NCBI GenBank assembly: GCA_900617105.1 | Contig: UYFQ01000001.1 | Location: forward strand, 372,001-436,000 | DNA length: 64,000 nucleotides | DNA from: Hydrurus foetidus | Taxonomy: Eukaryota | Direction of reading: 5' to 3' | Part shown: in pieces, positions 45,197-54,857 of the stretch | Layout of the letters: each line of letters begins with the position of its first letter | How positions within the stretch are numbered: position 1 is the first letter of the stretch | Program-made: the position numbers and the translations under genes | Notes under the pieces: model-generated | The model's input: only the letters and a program-made list of their open reading frames with translations | What the model was told of the DNA's origin: nothing | The model's database searches: none

Positions 45197-45472
45197 ATGA
45201 CCTTTTCTTGGGATGAGGCGAAGGCTGCGTCCAATCTGTTGAAACATGGGGTTAGCTTCCAGGTGGCAGTGGCCGTCTTCATGGATCCTTTGGCTGCTTC
45301 CTTCTTTGATGCAGCCCATTCGGCCCATGAAGATCGCTTTGTGACCGTTGGAATGGACAGCGAAGCGCGGTTACTTTATGTCGTGCATACCGACGACGAT
45401 GAAGTTATCCGCCTTATAAGTGCGCGCGAAGCTTCGTCTCAAGAAAGGAAAAATTATGAACACAACCGCTAG
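45197..45472 (+). CDS. BrnT family toxin
   Basis: FSWDEAKAASNLLKHGVSF, EDRF, IRLISAREAS..E...Y. Confidence 0.9.
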   Translation: MTFSWDEAKAASNLLKHGVSFQVAVAVFMDPLAASFFDAAHSAHEDRFVTVGMDSEARLLYVVHTDDDEVIRLISAREASSQERKNYEHNR

Positions 45473-45698
45473 TGCATTGACCACCGATGACGGTGAAGTC
45501 CCCGTGAATACCGAACTTGATTTCAGTCAAGCGGTTCGCGGTAAGTATTTTGAGCGTGCTATGCGAGCTCAAAATTTAGTCAAAATTGATGCGGATTTGT
45601 TGGCCGCTTTTCCCTCCAGCGGGGAACTCAATGCTGCGTTGCGTGGGCTGTTGGAAGCCTCTAGGCATGTCCATCTGGGCACCGTAGTACACAACTGA
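45456..45698 (+). CDS. BrnA-like antitoxin
   Basis: DFSQAVRGKY, VKIDADL, LNAALR; overlaps the toxin 3' end. Confidence 0.75.
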   Translation: MNTTASALTTDDGEVPVNTELDFSQAVRGKYFERAMRAQNLVKIDADLLAAFPSSGELNAALRGLLEASRHVHLGTVVHN

Positions 45699-45717
45699 AC
45701 ATTAAATATTTGTCATC

Positions 45718-47148
45718 ATGACTACTAAAAATTTCGACATCACCGTCATCGGTGGCGGCCCCGGCGGCTATATCGCTGCAATCCGCGCGGCCCAATTGGG
45801 TTTCAACGTCGCTTGTATCGACGAATGGAAAAATGACAAGGGCGGCCCGGCTTTGGGTGGAACTTGCACCAATGTGGGCTGCATCCCCTCCAAAGCTTTG
45901 CTGCAAAGTTCAGAGCACTACGAGCACGCCAGCAAACACTTTGCTGACCACGGCATCGGTGTTTCGGGCCTTACACTCGACACGGCCAAGATGCTGGGCC
46001 GCAAAGATACCGTCGTGAAGCAAAACAACGACGGTATCCAGTACCTGTTCAAAAAGAACAAGGTCAGTTTCTTTCATGGCCGTGGCTCTTTTGTGGCTGC
46101 CAAAGATGGCAGCTATGAGATCAATGTGGCGGGCGCAGCGGCTGAGACGCTCACCACCAAGCACGTCATCATTGCCACCGGCTCCAACGCCCGTGCTTTG
46201 CCAGGTACGCCGTTTGACGAGGTGAACATCCTCTCTAACGACGGTGCGCTGCGCATCGGCGCGGTGCCCAAGAAGCTCGGCCTGATTGGCTCTGGCGTGA
46301 TTGGTTTGGAAATGGGTTCCGTCTGGCGGCGCTTGGGTGCTGAAGTCACTATTTTGGAAGGTTTGCCCACTTTCCTCGGTGCGGTGGACGAGCAAATCGC
46401 CAAAGAAGCGCACAAGCTGTTTGTCAAACAAGGCTTGAAGATTGAACTCGGCGTCAAAGTCGGTGAGATCAAATCTGGCAAAAAAGGTGTCAGCGTTGCG
46501 TACACCAACGCCAAAGGCGAAGCGCAGTCGCTGGACGTGGACAAGCTCATCATCTCGATTGGTCGTGTTGCCAACACCATCGGCCTGAATACCGAAGCGG
46601 TGGGCCTGGCGCTCGACGAGCGCGGTGTCATTGTGGTGGACGGTGACTGTAAAACCAACCTGCCCAACGTCTGGGCGGTGGGCGACGTGGTGCGTGGCCC
46701 GATGTTGGCCCACAAGGCGGAAGAAGAAGCTGTGGCTGTGGCTGAGCGCATTGCCGGTCAACACGGCCATGTGGACTTCAACACCATCCCGTGGGTGATC
46801 TACACCAGCCCTGAGATTGCCTGGGTCGGCCAGACCGAGCAGCAGCTCAAGGCCAGCGGACATGCCTACAAGGCGGGCACCTTCCCGTTCTTGGCGAATG
46901 GCCGGGCGCGCGCTTTGGGCGATACCTCAGGCATGGTGAAGTTCTTGGCCGATGCCACGACAGACGAAATTTTGGGTGTTCACATCGTTGGCCCTATGGC
47001 CAGTGAGTTGATTTCTGAAGCCGTGGTCGCCATGTCGTTCCGAGCCAGCAGCGAAGACATTGCCCGCATTTGCCACGCGCACCCCTCCCTGAGCGAAGCG
47101 ACCAAAGAAGCCGCGTTGGCGGTGGACAAACGCACGCTGAACTTCTGA
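45718..47148 (+). CDS. lpdA: Dihydrolipoamide dehydrogenase E3
   Basis: GGGPGG, GGTCTNVGCIPSK, LAHKA, HAHPSLSE. Confidence 0.98.
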   Translation: MTTKNFDITVIGGGPGGYIAAIRAAQLGFNVACIDEWKNDKGGPALGGTCTNVGCIPSKALLQSSEHYEHASKHFADHGIGVSGLTLDTAKMLGRKDTVVKQNNDGIQYLFKKNKVSFFHGRGSFVAAKDGSYEINVAGAAAETLTTKHVIIATGSNARALPGTPFDEVNILSNDGALRIGAVPKKLGLIGSGVIGLEMGSVWRRLGAEVTILEGLPTFLGAVDEQIAKEAHKLFVKQGLKIELGVKVGEIKSGKKGVSVAYTNAKGEAQSLDVDKLIISIGRVANTIGLNTEAVGLALDERGVIVVDGDCKTNLPNVWAVGDVVRGPMLAHKAEEEAVAVAERIAGQHGHVDFNTIPWVIYTSPEIAWVGQTEQQLKASGHAYKAGTFPFLANGRARALGDTSGMVKFLADATTDEILGVHIVGPMASELISEAVVAMSFRASSEDIARICHAHPSLSEATKEAALAVDKRTLNF

Positions 47149-47159
47149 TTTTTGGCGAA

Positions 47160-47224
47160 TTTTCAAGTCAATAACCTGCTTATTGCTTACTGGATGGGCG
47201 TAGGTAGCTATTAAATTTATAGTG
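47160..47224. repeat. Dispersed bipartite element copy (intergenic, lpdA-zapE)
   Basis: Reverse complement: CACT-ATAAATTTAAT-AGC-TACCTA-CGC-CCATCCAGTAA-GCA ... TTATTGACTTGAAA. Confidence 0.8.
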
Positions 47225-47265
47225 CATGACGTTGAGCGTTATTCGCGTCTTTCTGGTAATACCTT

Positions 47266-48363
47266 TTGAGCGTAGCCCTTGCTTATCAAGCTGAATTAGC
47301 CACCCGTGGCTATGACAGCGACCCCGCCCAACTGCGCGCCGTGGCAGCGTTGGATCGTTGCGCCACCGAGTGGGCGGGGTACAAAGAAAAGCGTTCCAAC
47401 GCCTTTAAAAAACTCATCAACCGGCCTGATATTCCACGTGGCGTTTACATGCACGGTGGTGTGGGGCGGGGGAAGAGTTTTTTGATGGACTGCTTTTTCA
47501 ACGCCGTGCCGATCAAGCGCAAAACTCGGCTTCACTTTCACGAGTTCATGCGCGAGGTACACCGTGAATTGGCGGATTTGCAAGGCACTGTGAATCCGCT
47601 CGACGAGCTGGGCGCGCGCATGGCCAAGCGCTTCAAGCTGATTTGCTTTGACGAATTTCACGTGGCCGACATCACTGACGCGATGATCTTGCACCGCTTG
47701 CTGGTAGCGATGGTCAACAACGGTATTGGGTTCATCACCACATCCAACTTCAAGCCTGACGATTTGTACCCCGATGGCCTGCACCGCGACCGCATCTTGC
47801 CTGCTATCGCCCTGCTGAACCAGCAGCTCGAAGTCATCAGTGTGGACAACGGCACCGACTACCGCCGCCGCACGATGGAACAGGTCAAGCTCTACCACTG
47901 CCCTCTAGGGGTGCAGGCGGATACCGAGATGACTGATGCCTTTGGCCGTTTGGCTGAAACCCAAGACGAAGACCCGGTGCTGCACATCGAGGCCCGTGAA
48001 ATCCGAGCTCGACGCAAAGCCGGTGGCTTGGTTTGGTTTGATTTCAAAACCTTGTGCGGTGGCCCACGTTCGCAAAACGACTACCTGGAGATCGCCTCGC
48101 AATTCCATACGGTGCTGCTGAGCGATGTGCCGCACATGCCGGTACGCATGGCCTCTGAAGCAAGGCGCTTCACTTGGCTGGTGGATGTGCTGTACGACCG
48201 GCGCGTCAAGCTCATCATGTCCGCTGAGGTGCCGCCCGAAGCGTTGTACACCGAAGGGCCGCTGGCGCATGAGTTCCCCCGTACTGCATCGCGCTTGAGC
48301 GAGATGCAGTCGGCTGAATTTTTGGCTTTGGAGCGGCGCATGGTGGACACGGGCTTGACATGA
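47266..48363 (+). CDS. zapE: Cell division ATPase ZapE (AFG1 family)
   Basis: GGVGRGKS, HFHEFM, CFDEFHV.D, TSN, GTDYR; TTG start. Confidence 0.93.
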   Translation: MSVALAYQAELATRGYDSDPAQLRAVAALDRCATEWAGYKEKRSNAFKKLINRPDIPRGVYMHGGVGRGKSFLMDCFFNAVPIKRKTRLHFHEFMREVHRELADLQGTVNPLDELGARMAKRFKLICFDEFHVADITDAMILHRLLVAMVNNGIGFITTSNFKPDDLYPDGLHRDRILPAIALLNQQLEVISVDNGTDYRRRTMEQVKLYHCPLGVQADTEMTDAFGRLAETQDEDPVLHIEAREIRARRKAGGLVWFDFKTLCGGPRSQNDYLEIASQFHTVLLSDVPHMPVRMASEARRFTWLVDVLYDRRVKLIMSAEVPPEALYTEGPLAHEFPRTASRLSEMQSAEFLALERRMVDTGLT

Positions 48364-49058
48364 CCGGCGTGTTTGATGTTCACCACAAGGCCGGGTTGTT
48401 GGCTTGTTGCGCCCTGCTGGCGTGCGGTGCCATACTGGCACAACCTGTGGATGCCCCCTCGCAATGGCGCCAAGACATCGAAACCCAACGCGCCACAACC
48501 GAAAAAGCCTACGCAGCCGATAAAGGCGTGTGCTATCAGCAGTTTGCGGTGAACGATTGTCTGACGCATGCACGGCAGCGGTTCAATGCCGCGATGGCGG
48601 AATTCAAGCGCCAAGAAGTGGTGCTGAACGATGCACAACGTAAGCGTCTGGCCGAGCTACAGATGCGCAAACTCGAAGAACGTGATTCGCCAGAGGTGCT
48701 GCAAGGCGCTGCGGCTCAACGCACACAGCGTGCCGCCGATGCCCAGGTTCGCCAAGAGCGGGCAGAGGTCAAGCTACGCGAGCAAGCACTGACACCGGCT
48801 ACAGGTGTCGCGCAGGCCCGCACCCGAGACTACCCACAAAAAGAAGCCCAAAAAGCACGCGAACACCGTCTGCCTGTGCTGAATAACCCAGATGCTGCGA
48901 CCAAACAGATTGCTTATGAGCAAAAGCAAAGAGAGGCATTAGCGCACCAAGCCGAGCTTGAAAAAGCCCGCAAAGATCGTACCAAGCCCCTGTCTGCGCC
49001 ACTGCCTCTTTTGGGCAGCGCCTCAACCCCGTTGACAACTCAGCTAGCCGCACCTTGA
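48360..49058 (+). CDS. Hypothetical exported coiled-coil protein
   Basis: Signal-like N-terminus, CYQQFAVNDC motif, charged helices; ATGA overlap with zapE. Confidence 0.7.
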   Translation: MTGVFDVHHKAGLLACCALLACGAILAQPVDAPSQWRQDIETQRATTEKAYAADKGVCYQQFAVNDCLTHARQRFNAAMAEFKRQEVVLNDAQRKRLAELQMRKLEERDSPEVLQGAAAQRTQRAADAQVRQERAEVKLREQALTPATGVAQARTRDYPQKEAQKAREHRLPVLNNPDAATKQIAYEQKQREALAHQAELEKARKDRTKPLSAPLPLLGSASTPLTTQLAAP

Positions 49059-49065
49059 CGGGCGG

Positions 49066-49827
49066 TTAAGTCACCGATGGTTCGATTTTGGCAATCACCA
49101 GCGATAAATTGTCACCTCCGCCATTAGCACGTTCACGGGCTTTTTTAATCAAAAATTCAGCTGCTTCTCGGGGTGTTAGTGACGACAGCACCATTCCCAG
49201 TTCACCGTTATTGAAGTAGTGCCACAGGCCATCGGTACAGGCGATGAGCACATCACCGGGTTGTAGCGCCGCGATGGTGTGGGTGGTTAACGCCGGTGTT
49301 TGCTCAATGCCCAGGCAGCTGGTCAAGATGTTGGAAAGCGGGTGTGTATTGGCCTCCGCATCAGACAACTCGCCTTTGTCCACCAAATTTTGCACATGGG
49401 AATGGTCTTTGCTGCGGGTGATGAGCTGATCCTGTCTGAAATGGTAAATGCGTGAATCCCCCGCCGTGACCCAATGGCATTGACCACCTGGGGTAATTAA
49501 AAATGCCGCAATGGTGCTGTGTGGCTCTTCTTCGCTGGATATGGCTGTGAGTTTGATGACCAAATGTGCTTCTTGTGCAACTTGACGTAAAAAATCACAG
49601 GGGTCTTCGGTCACAGGGTCGTAGCGCTCAAACAGTTGCTTGGCAGTCAACATCACTTGGTCTGAGGCTTTTCGTCCACCGCTGCGCCCGCCCATGCCGT
49701 CCGCCACCACTGCCAAAGCACAACCGTTGGTGCGTGCATGGGGCAGCAAGATGATCTGATCTTGCTGGTATTGGCGGTCACCTTTATGAATGCCGGTAGT
49801 CGCTGTTAGTTTGTAGGCTTGAGCCAT
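49066..49827 (-). CDS. PP2C/PPM family Ser/Thr phosphatase
   Basis: R..QQD, VADGMGG, GDSR, DHS, CTDGL, GGDN. Confidence 0.92.
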   Translation of the reverse strand: MAQAYKLTATTGIHKGDRQYQQDQIILLPHARTNGCALAVVADGMGGRSGGRKASDQVMLTAKQLFERYDPVTEDPCDFLRQVAQEAHLVIKLTAISSEEEPHSTIAAFLITPGGQCHWVTAGDSRIYHFRQDQLITRSKDHSHVQNLVDKGELSDAEANTHPLSNILTSCLGIEQTPALTTHTIAALQPGDVLIACTDGLWHYFNNGELGMVLSSLTPREAAEFLIKKARERANGGGDNLSLVIAKIEPSVT

Positions 49828-49987
49828 GGGTTTCCTGTTGGCTAAACTCATAAGGGCAGGGCAGCGGCAAGATGGGCTTGTTTAGCCAACCCCTGCGCCA
49901 CGCACCTTGATGGAGTCATGATGTGTTACTGCCTCGTATTATTGACGCAAGCCTTGCTGAGTGGATGGCCTTGCCACGAGAAGCCAC

Positions 49988-52075
49988 ATGAGTGAGTTGC
50001 GCTATCTGGTTGAGCAGGCCTATCTTGAGGGCGGATGCTTAGCCCAAGCATTGCCAGGTTTTACCCCTCGATCGGGGCAAACCGAGATGGCGCTGGCTGT
50101 GGCCGATACCGTCGAGTATGGTGGTACTTTGGTGGTGGAAGCAGGCACAGGGGTGGGCAAAACCTTCGCGTATCTGGTGCCTGCACTGTTGAGCGGTGAG
50201 CGGGTGCTGCTGTCTACCGCCACCAAAACCCTGCAAGACCAACTTTTTAATCGTGATTTACCCCGTCTATTGGGGGCTTTAGGTGTCCCTGTGACGACGG
50301 CTTTGCTCAAAGGTCGCGCCAGCTATCTCTGCCTGCACCGCATGGGTTTGGCCCGACATGATGCGCGACTGACCGACCCCAAAGACCTGCACAGTCTGGC
50401 CCATATCGAGCAATGGGCGCAAGTCACCCGCGCGGGTGATCTGGCCGAATTGCTGGATTTGGACGAGCGTTCGGTGCTGATCCCTTTGGTCACGTCGTCA
50501 CGCGACAACTGCCTGGGTGCGACTTGTCCGCAGTTCAAGGCCTGCCATGTGAACTTGGCCCGGCGCGATGCGCTGGCGGCGGATGTGGTCGTTATCAACC
50601 ACCATCTGTTTTTCGCTGACATGGCGGTGCGGGACTCTGGTGTAGCTGAGCTGCTGCCCACGGTGCGCGTGGTAGTGTTTGATGAGGCGCACCAGCTCAA
50701 CGATGTGGGTGTGCAGTTTCTGGGTGTGACGCTCAGTACCGGTCAATTGCTGGATTTTTGCCGCGATGCGCTGGCCGCTGGCCTGCAACTGGCGCGGGGG
50801 CTGGTCGACTGGCACGGTTTGGTTGCCGCCACAGAGTCAGCCGCCCGTGCGCTGCGCCAGGTACTGGGTGCCGCCACACCCTCCACCCGCTTGCGCTGGG
50901 ACGCATCGGCCCCAGAGTCGATTTATCCAGAGGATTGGGCTGCCGTATGGCTGCCTCTGAGGAATGCCTTGGACGGCGCACTGGAAGCGTTGGACACGCT
51001 CAGCGAAATCGCGCCTGATTTTGTTCGTTTGCACGAGCGTGCAGGGGCTTTGCTGCGCCAATGCGAGCGTTTCGCTGAGCCTTGCCCGAGCGACGCGGTG
51101 CGCTGGATTGACGTGGGGGCCACGGGGGCATCGTCGGTGCGCTTGGTGGAGTCTCCGCTGGACATTGCTGAAGCCTTCAAAGCCACGCGAATGGCCAACG
51201 CAGCGGCATCTGAGCGTGAACGCAGCTGGATTTTCACGTCTGCCACACTGGGCACGGATGCGCAGTTGTCATGGTTCACGCGCGATTGCGGTTTGACGGA
51301 TGCCCAGGTGCTGCGCGTGGACAGTCCGTTTGACTTCAAAGCACAGGCTGCGTTGTATGTGCCGCACGACTTGCCCCTGCCCGCGGATCCCACGCACAGT
51401 GCCAGCGTGGCCGCCTTGGCGGCACGCGCCGTGGCACAACTCGGTGGGCGCACCTTGGTGCTGACCACCACTTTGAAAGCCATGCGCGTGATCGCCCAAG
51501 CGCTGACCTCGTATTTTGCGAAGCGGGGCACCCCCACAGGTTCAGATGCAAGTGCCGATGTCAATGCAGGGGCGGTGCAGGGTGGCATCGAAGTCTTGCT
51601 GCAAGGCCAATGGCCCAAACGCCGCTTGATGGAGCGCTTTCGTCAAGGCAATACGGGCGGTCAACGTGGGTGCGTGCTGGTGGCCTCAGCGTCGTTTTGG
51701 GAAGGCTTTGATGTACCGGGCGAGGCTTTACAGCTGGTCATCATCGACAAACTGCCGTTCCCACCGCCCAACGACCCACTGGTGCAAGCACGCACCCGTC
51801 GCCTGGAAGCTGAGGGCTTGAACCCATTCAACGCTTATTTTGTGCCCGAAGCCGCCATTGCGCTCAAGCAAGGCGGTGGGCGTTTAATCCGCCAAACCAC
51901 CGACCATGGCGTGCTGGTGGTGTGCGATGTGCGCTTGGCCGTAAAGGGCTATGGGCGGCGCATTGTGGCGGCACTGCCTGCTATGCGCAGGTTGAATACC
52001 GAGGGGGAGTTGATGCTGGCGTTGGCTAATTTGCAAGTTACCAAAACTTCCACCAAGCCCCAGCCCCTGACTTAA
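49988..52075 (+). CDS. DinG/YoaA family ATP-dependent DNA helicase
   Basis: EAGTGVGKT, Fe-S cysteines, DEAH, SATL, FWEGFD, KLPF; start uncertain. Confidence 0.93.
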   Translation: MSELRYLVEQAYLEGGCLAQALPGFTPRSGQTEMALAVADTVEYGGTLVVEAGTGVGKTFAYLVPALLSGERVLLSTATKTLQDQLFNRDLPRLLGALGVPVTTALLKGRASYLCLHRMGLARHDARLTDPKDLHSLAHIEQWAQVTRAGDLAELLDLDERSVLIPLVTSSRDNCLGATCPQFKACHVNLARRDALAADVVVINHHLFFADMAVRDSGVAELLPTVRVVVFDEAHQLNDVGVQFLGVTLSTGQLLDFCRDALAAGLQLARGLVDWHGLVAATESAARALRQVLGAATPSTRLRWDASAPESIYPEDWAAVWLPLRNALDGALEALDTLSEIAPDFVRLHERAGALLRQCERFAEPCPSDAVRWIDVGATGASSVRLVESPLDIAEAFKATRMANAAASERERSWIFTSATLGTDAQLSWFTRDCGLTDAQVLRVDSPFDFKAQAALYVPHDLPLPADPTHSASVAALAARAVAQLGGRTLVLTTTLKAMRVIAQALTSYFAKRGTPTGSDASADVNAGAVQGGIEVLLQGQWPKRRLMERFRQGNTGGQRGCVLVASASFWEGFDVPGEALQLVIIDKLPFPPPNDPLVQARTRRLEAEGLNPFNAYFVPEAAIALKQGGGRLIRQTTDHGVLVVCDVRLAVKGYGRRIVAALPAMRRLNTEGELMLALANLQVTKTSTKPQPLT

Positions 52076-52856
52076 CCCCTGTCACATACGCACTCTGCGG
52101 GTAGTTGGTGGCCAGCACGCGTTTGGCATCGTCGCTGAGTTGTTTCATGCCCAGGGCATCGTAGGACTTGTACAAAATGAACAGCGCTTCTTCCAGTGCG
52201 GGTACTTCGCGGTAGTCGGTCAAGGCGGTTTGGGCACGGTTGGCGGCGGCGACATAGGCACCACGGCTGTAGTAGTAGCGGGCCACATGCACCTCGTACA
52301 GCGCCAGCGAGTTGACGATGTAGGTCATGCGCTGGCGGGCATCGGGCGTGTAGCGGGATTCTGGGAAGCGGTTCACCAACTCTTTGAAGGCTTCAAACGA
52401 TTCTTTGGCGGCTTTTTGGTCGCGCTCGGACAAATCTTGGCGGGTTAAGCCCGAGAACAGACCTAAGTTGTCGTTGAAGTTGACGGTACCTTTCAGGTAC
52501 AGCGCGTAATCCAAGGCGGGGCTGGCTGGGTGCAGCTTCATGAAGCGGTCAAGCGTGCCGATGGCTTGGGCCTGATCGCCTGTTTTGTACTGGGCATAAG
52601 CCTTTTCCAGCTGTGCTTGCTGGGCCAAGGCAGTGCCTGCAGCACGACCTTCGAGTTTTTCAAACAGAGGGATGGCCTTGTCGAAAGCCCCTGAACTAAG
52701 TTCGTCTTTGGCTTCGGTGTAAATCTTGTTGGGCGTCCAGTCAGCGGTTTTGTCCACCGGTGTAGCAGAGCAGCCTGTCAGCATCAAAACGGCTAACAAG
52801 AGGCAGGCGGCTGGAACAGCCGATAATCGAGTACGGTACAACGCAGACAACAACAC
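52038..52856 (-). CDS. bamD: Outer membrane protein assembly factor BamD
   Basis: Lipobox LTGC, TPR helices, DYALYLKG, FPESRY; divergent from rluD; start uncertain. Confidence 0.94.
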   Translation of the reverse strand: MLLSALYRTRLSAVPAACLLLAVLMLTGCSATPVDKTADWTPNKIYTEAKDELSSGAFDKAIPLFEKLEGRAAGTALAQQAQLEKAYAQYKTGDQAQAIGTLDRFMKLHPASPALDYALYLKGTVNFNDNLGLFSGLTRQDLSERDQKAAKESFEAFKELVNRFPESRYTPDARQRMTYIVNSLALYEVHVARYYYSRGAYVAAANRAQTALTDYREVPALEEALFILYKSYDALGMKQLSDDAKRVLATNYPQSAYVTGVKSGAGAWWKFW

Positions 52857-52867
52857 AGGCGGCTTTC

Positions 52868-54004
52868 TTGAATCAGGGCAAAAAGATTATATCTAGCGGA
52901 GGTTTCTCCGGCGACTTAGGCAGTGTGAGTGCTGCGGCATTTGCACATCTCCCAGGCGATGCGTCTGGCATTAGCACCACAGACACTGAGGTTGAAAGTG
53001 AAATTGAGGCGGAATGCCGCGTCTTCACCTTGGCCAGTGAGCAGCACGGCAGCCGCATTGACCGCGCACTGGCCGATTTGGTGCCCGAGTTTTCGCGCAG
53101 CTACCTGCGCCAGCTGATTGAGGCGGGCGAGGTTGTGCTGAACGGCACCACCGTGCGCAAACCGTCGCAATCAGTCAAGGCCGGTGACGAAGGCAGCATC
53201 ACGCTGCGGGCCACGCCCCAAAGCCAAGCTTTCAAGCCCGAGGCGATGGATTTGAACGTCGTGTATGAAGATGAATACCTGCGGGTTATCAACAAACCAG
53301 CAGGATTGGTCGTCCACCCGGCCCCAGGAAACTGGAGTGGCACGCTGCTCAATGGCTTGCTGGCCAGCGACCCTGAAGCGCATTTTTTGCCGCGCGCAGG
53401 CATTGTTCATCGGTTGGATAAAGACACCAGCGGTTTGATGGTGGTGGCACGCAAGCGCACGGTGATGGATGCGCTGGTCAAGCTGATTGCAGCGCGGGAT
53501 ATGTCACGCCAGTACTTGGCGATGGCCCACCGGCCTTGGATGGGTTCTCGCGAGCGCACCATTGACGCGCCACTGGGCCGCGATCCACGCAACCGCCTGC
53601 GCATGGCGGTGGTGGATTTGGAACGGTCGCCAGGCAAGGAAGCCCAAACCACGTTCAGATTAATGCAAAATTCAGAGCAAGGTTGCCTTGTCCATTGTGC
53701 GCTGCACACTGGTCGGACGCACCAAATCCGGGTGCATATGAATTCCATCGGACACCCCTTGGTGGCCGATGCCTTGTACGCCGGTGCGGCGGCGGCAGGC
53801 ATGACGCGCCAAGCTCTCCATGCCTACCGTTTGGCGTTTGAACACCCCGTGACCGGTGAGCCCCTGGTTTTCAAAGCCCCAGTGCCCGGTGATTTTGCAG
53901 CAGGCTTGCAGGAGTGGGGTCTGGGCTACAATTTGGGCCAGCTTGAAGGTGGCGGCGAAGATGGCGGTGACGATAGCGCTGAAGATGAGAGCGACGGGTT
54001 TTAA
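52868..54004 (+). CDS. rluD: 23S rRNA pseudouridine synthase RluD (RluA family)
   Basis: S4 domain, NKPAGLVVHP, GIVHRLDKDTSG, TGRTHQIRVH; start uncertain. Confidence 0.93.
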   Translation: MNQGKKIISSGGFSGDLGSVSAAAFAHLPGDASGISTTDTEVESEIEAECRVFTLASEQHGSRIDRALADLVPEFSRSYLRQLIEAGEVVLNGTTVRKPSQSVKAGDEGSITLRATPQSQAFKPEAMDLNVVYEDEYLRVINKPAGLVVHPAPGNWSGTLLNGLLASDPEAHFLPRAGIVHRLDKDTSGLMVVARKRTVMDALVKLIAARDMSRQYLAMAHRPWMGSRERTIDAPLGRDPRNRLRMAVVDLERSPGKEAQTTFRLMQNSEQGCLVHCALHTGRTHQIRVHMNSIGHPLVADALYAGAAAAGMTRQALHAYRLAFEHPVTGEPLVFKAPVPGDFAAGLQEWGLGYNLGQLEGGGEDGGDDSAEDESDGF

Positions 54005-54143
54005 AGTCTCTTCTACCGCCCTGTATCCTTTTTTCTGATCCCTTTTGATTCTGTTTCTTGCGAAACATCACCAGCTAACCTGCGGTGAACGACCCTTGTA
54101 GCCGCTGCGCTGACTTTGGCGCCTTTCTCGAAAATCGCACACC

Positions 54144-54857
54144 ATGAACACGACGGATGCCCAGCGTATCCTCGAAACAGCACTTATTTGCGCATCATCG
54201 CCACTCACCCTGCGCGATATGCGCACTTTGTTTGCTGACGAGGTGAGTGCTGACACACTGAAATTACTGCTGCACAGTTTGCAGCAGGCGTGGTCGCAAC
54301 GCGGCGTTGAATTGGTGATGATTGCCAGTGGCTGGCGTTTTCAAAGTCGCCCCGAGATGCGCGAGTACATGGATCGCTTGCACCCTGAAAAGCCGCCCAA
54401 GTACAGCCGGGCTGTGTTGGAGACGCTGGCAATCATCGCCTACCGTCAACCCACCACACGGGGCGACATGGAGGACATTCGCGGCGTGACCATCAATTCG
54501 CTGGTCATCAAGCAGTTGGAAGACCGAGGCTGGGTCGAGGTGATTGGCCACCGTGAGACGGTAGGTCGTCCCGCCTTGTACGCCACCACGCGCCAGTTTT
54601 TAGATGATTTGGGTTTGCAGACTTTGAGCCAATTGCCCGCCCAAGAAAATGGCGAGCCGAGTGCGCAGTTGTTGGACGCGATGGCGGCCTCTGCACTGGC
54701 TTTCCCTGCGATGGCTGAAGTCGCAGAAACGCTTGAAAGCACTGCGCAAGTTGAACTGGCCGCGACTATAGAACTACCGGCAGAATTAAATGAAGGGGCC
54801 AGTCCCGATAAGGCTGAAAACCCCACCCCGATGACCGTTGACGAAAGCACACCATGA
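54144..54857 (+). CDS. scpB: SMC-Scp complex subunit ScpB
   Basis: [29 protein letters not shown]. Confidence 0.95.
   Translation: MNTTDAQRILETALICASSPLTLRDMRTLFADEVSADTLKLLLHSLQQAWSQRGVELVMIASGWRFQSRPEMREYMDRLHPEKPPKYSRAVLETLAIIAYRQPTTRGDMEDIRGVTINSLVIKQLEDRGWVEVIGHRETVGRPALYATTRQFLDDLGLQTLSQLPAQENGEPSAQLLDAMAASALAFPAMAEVAETLESTAQVELAATIELPAELNEGASPDKAENPTPMTVDESTP

Noticed and set aside
52038..52075. 38-bp tail-to-tail overlap of dinG and bamD
   Set aside because: Short convergent overlaps are common
54144..54857. scpB without adjacent scpA
   Set aside because: scpA may lie elsewhere; cannot be judged from this window
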